Below, piece by piece: positions 63,289-64,000 of a stretch of 64,000 bases of DNA. This stretch comes from Pseudovirgaria hyperparasitica (taxonomy: Eukaryota), in the NCBI GenBank assembly GCA_010093815.1, contig ML996576.1. One strand, 5' to 3'. Position 1 is the first letter of the stretch. Every line of letters begins with the position of its first letter. The notes beneath the pieces are model-generated. The model was not told the origin of the DNA. It did no database searches and saw only the letters and a program-made list of their open reading frames with translations. The position numbers and the translations under genes are program-made.

Positions 63289-63438
63289 ATGATGGCTTGG
63301 AGAGCGTGGTCTTGCTGCCAGTGCAGGTCGATTACCCACTACGAGAACAAGACCTGCAGCAAATTGAGCTGCTGCCATGGACGGTGCAGTATCTGCGAGA
63401 TTGGAGAGTCTTCAAATAATGTATTCACTAAGAAGTGA
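63289..63438 (+). CDS. 49-aa Cys/His-rich microprotein, putative zinc-binding: MMAWRAWSCCQCRSITHYENKTCSKLSCCHGRCSICEIGESSNNVFTKK
   Basis: ACCATG start, TATATA at ~63090, C/A-rich leader, and a WxCCxC...C...CHxRCxxC pattern. Below the ORF-track size cut-off. Confidence 0.7.
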   Translation: MMAWRAWSCCQCRSITHYENKTCSKLSCCHGRCSICEIGESSNNVFTKK

Positions 63439-63614
63439 CGCCGGGATTAACGGTATCGGTATCAGTGGAGAATGGGTTAAAGGCTTCATAAATTATGAAT
63501 AACCAATAATATTGACAATTAGTTCGGATCAGCGCTTGGTCTTGATTGTGATGATCCAGTCGACATGACCTTCGTGAGTCTCATTTAATCCGTTTGACTG
63601 TAAACGTGTCGCCA

Positions 63615-64000
63615 TCAAAAATGCATAAAATCCCAATTCGTGTCTTCAAGTGTCCAATTCAGGGATTCCGGAACAAAACCACCTCCGACATTGGCGAATG
63701 TATCGATGGTGAAGTTTGGGCTTGTAAAAGGATCTTGCCATGTAGGTGAATACGTAGTGGTCAAAGCTGAATTGCTGGGTGATTGGGATGGGAAGGAATA
63801 CTGAGTTAAAGAACCTGACTCAGGAAGTGTACTATGAATAGCAGACGAACCATTTACAGCAGGCGCGGGCTGAAAGCCAGATTGGGTTGCTGGTGCTGCA
63901 TGTAATTGCGATGGTATAGATAGCATCGATAGGTCTCCTGAGGCTTGTACTGCGCTTATATTTGAATCATTCGAGAGACATGAACCAGAGCTGTGGTTGA
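63615..64000 (-). CDS. 3' end of a gene entering from the right edge; Ser/Pro-rich tail ending in an acidic-aromatic segment typical of fungal transcription-factor C-termini
   Basis: Open frame ending ...LNWTLEDTNWDFMHF*. No diagnostic domain lies within the window. Confidence 0.55.
   Translation of the reverse strand, partial: NHSSGSCLSNDSNISAVQASGDLSMLSIPSQLHAAPATQSGFQPAPAVNGSSAIHSTLPESGSLTQYSFPSQSPSNSALTTTYSPTWQDPFTSPNFTIDTFANVGGGFVPESLNWTLEDTNWDFMHF

Overview
Eukaryotic genomic DNA from a filamentous ascomycete (Pezizomycotina), judged from short GT-AG introns with CTRAY branch points and the gene content. I assembled the spliced gene models by hand, so most six-frame ORFs are exon fragments or antisense shadows. 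Conserved genes: a lysophospholipid acyltransferase (truncated at the left edge), HEM1, THO2, FAF1, GPI19/PIG-P, RIT1, RAI1, STE12, HIS6, GET4, a secreted intradiol-dioxygenase-like gene, a GH128 glucanase and an amino-acid permease. About 1.6-12 kb looks like an accessory, decaying island: a 2OG-Fe(II) oxygenase and a PCD in divergent orientation, two APH-like pseudogenes, and a probably inactive exonuclease. A 9.5-kb, repeat-rich stretch with no convincing gene lies upstream of STE12. Most notable observations: (1) an apparent GT-GG intron and an 8-nt microexon in RAI1; (2) RIT1 fused in frame to a DUF6314-like domain; (3) about 20 TAATTA palindromes upstream of STE12; (4) a 49-aa Cys/His-rich microprotein missed by the ORF track; (5) a small gene with APC16-like/Cy motifs; (6) a RIP-like ~213-bp triplication. 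I recognised no tRNA, rRNA, CRISPR array or intact transposon. No searches were run; family names come from motif recognition.
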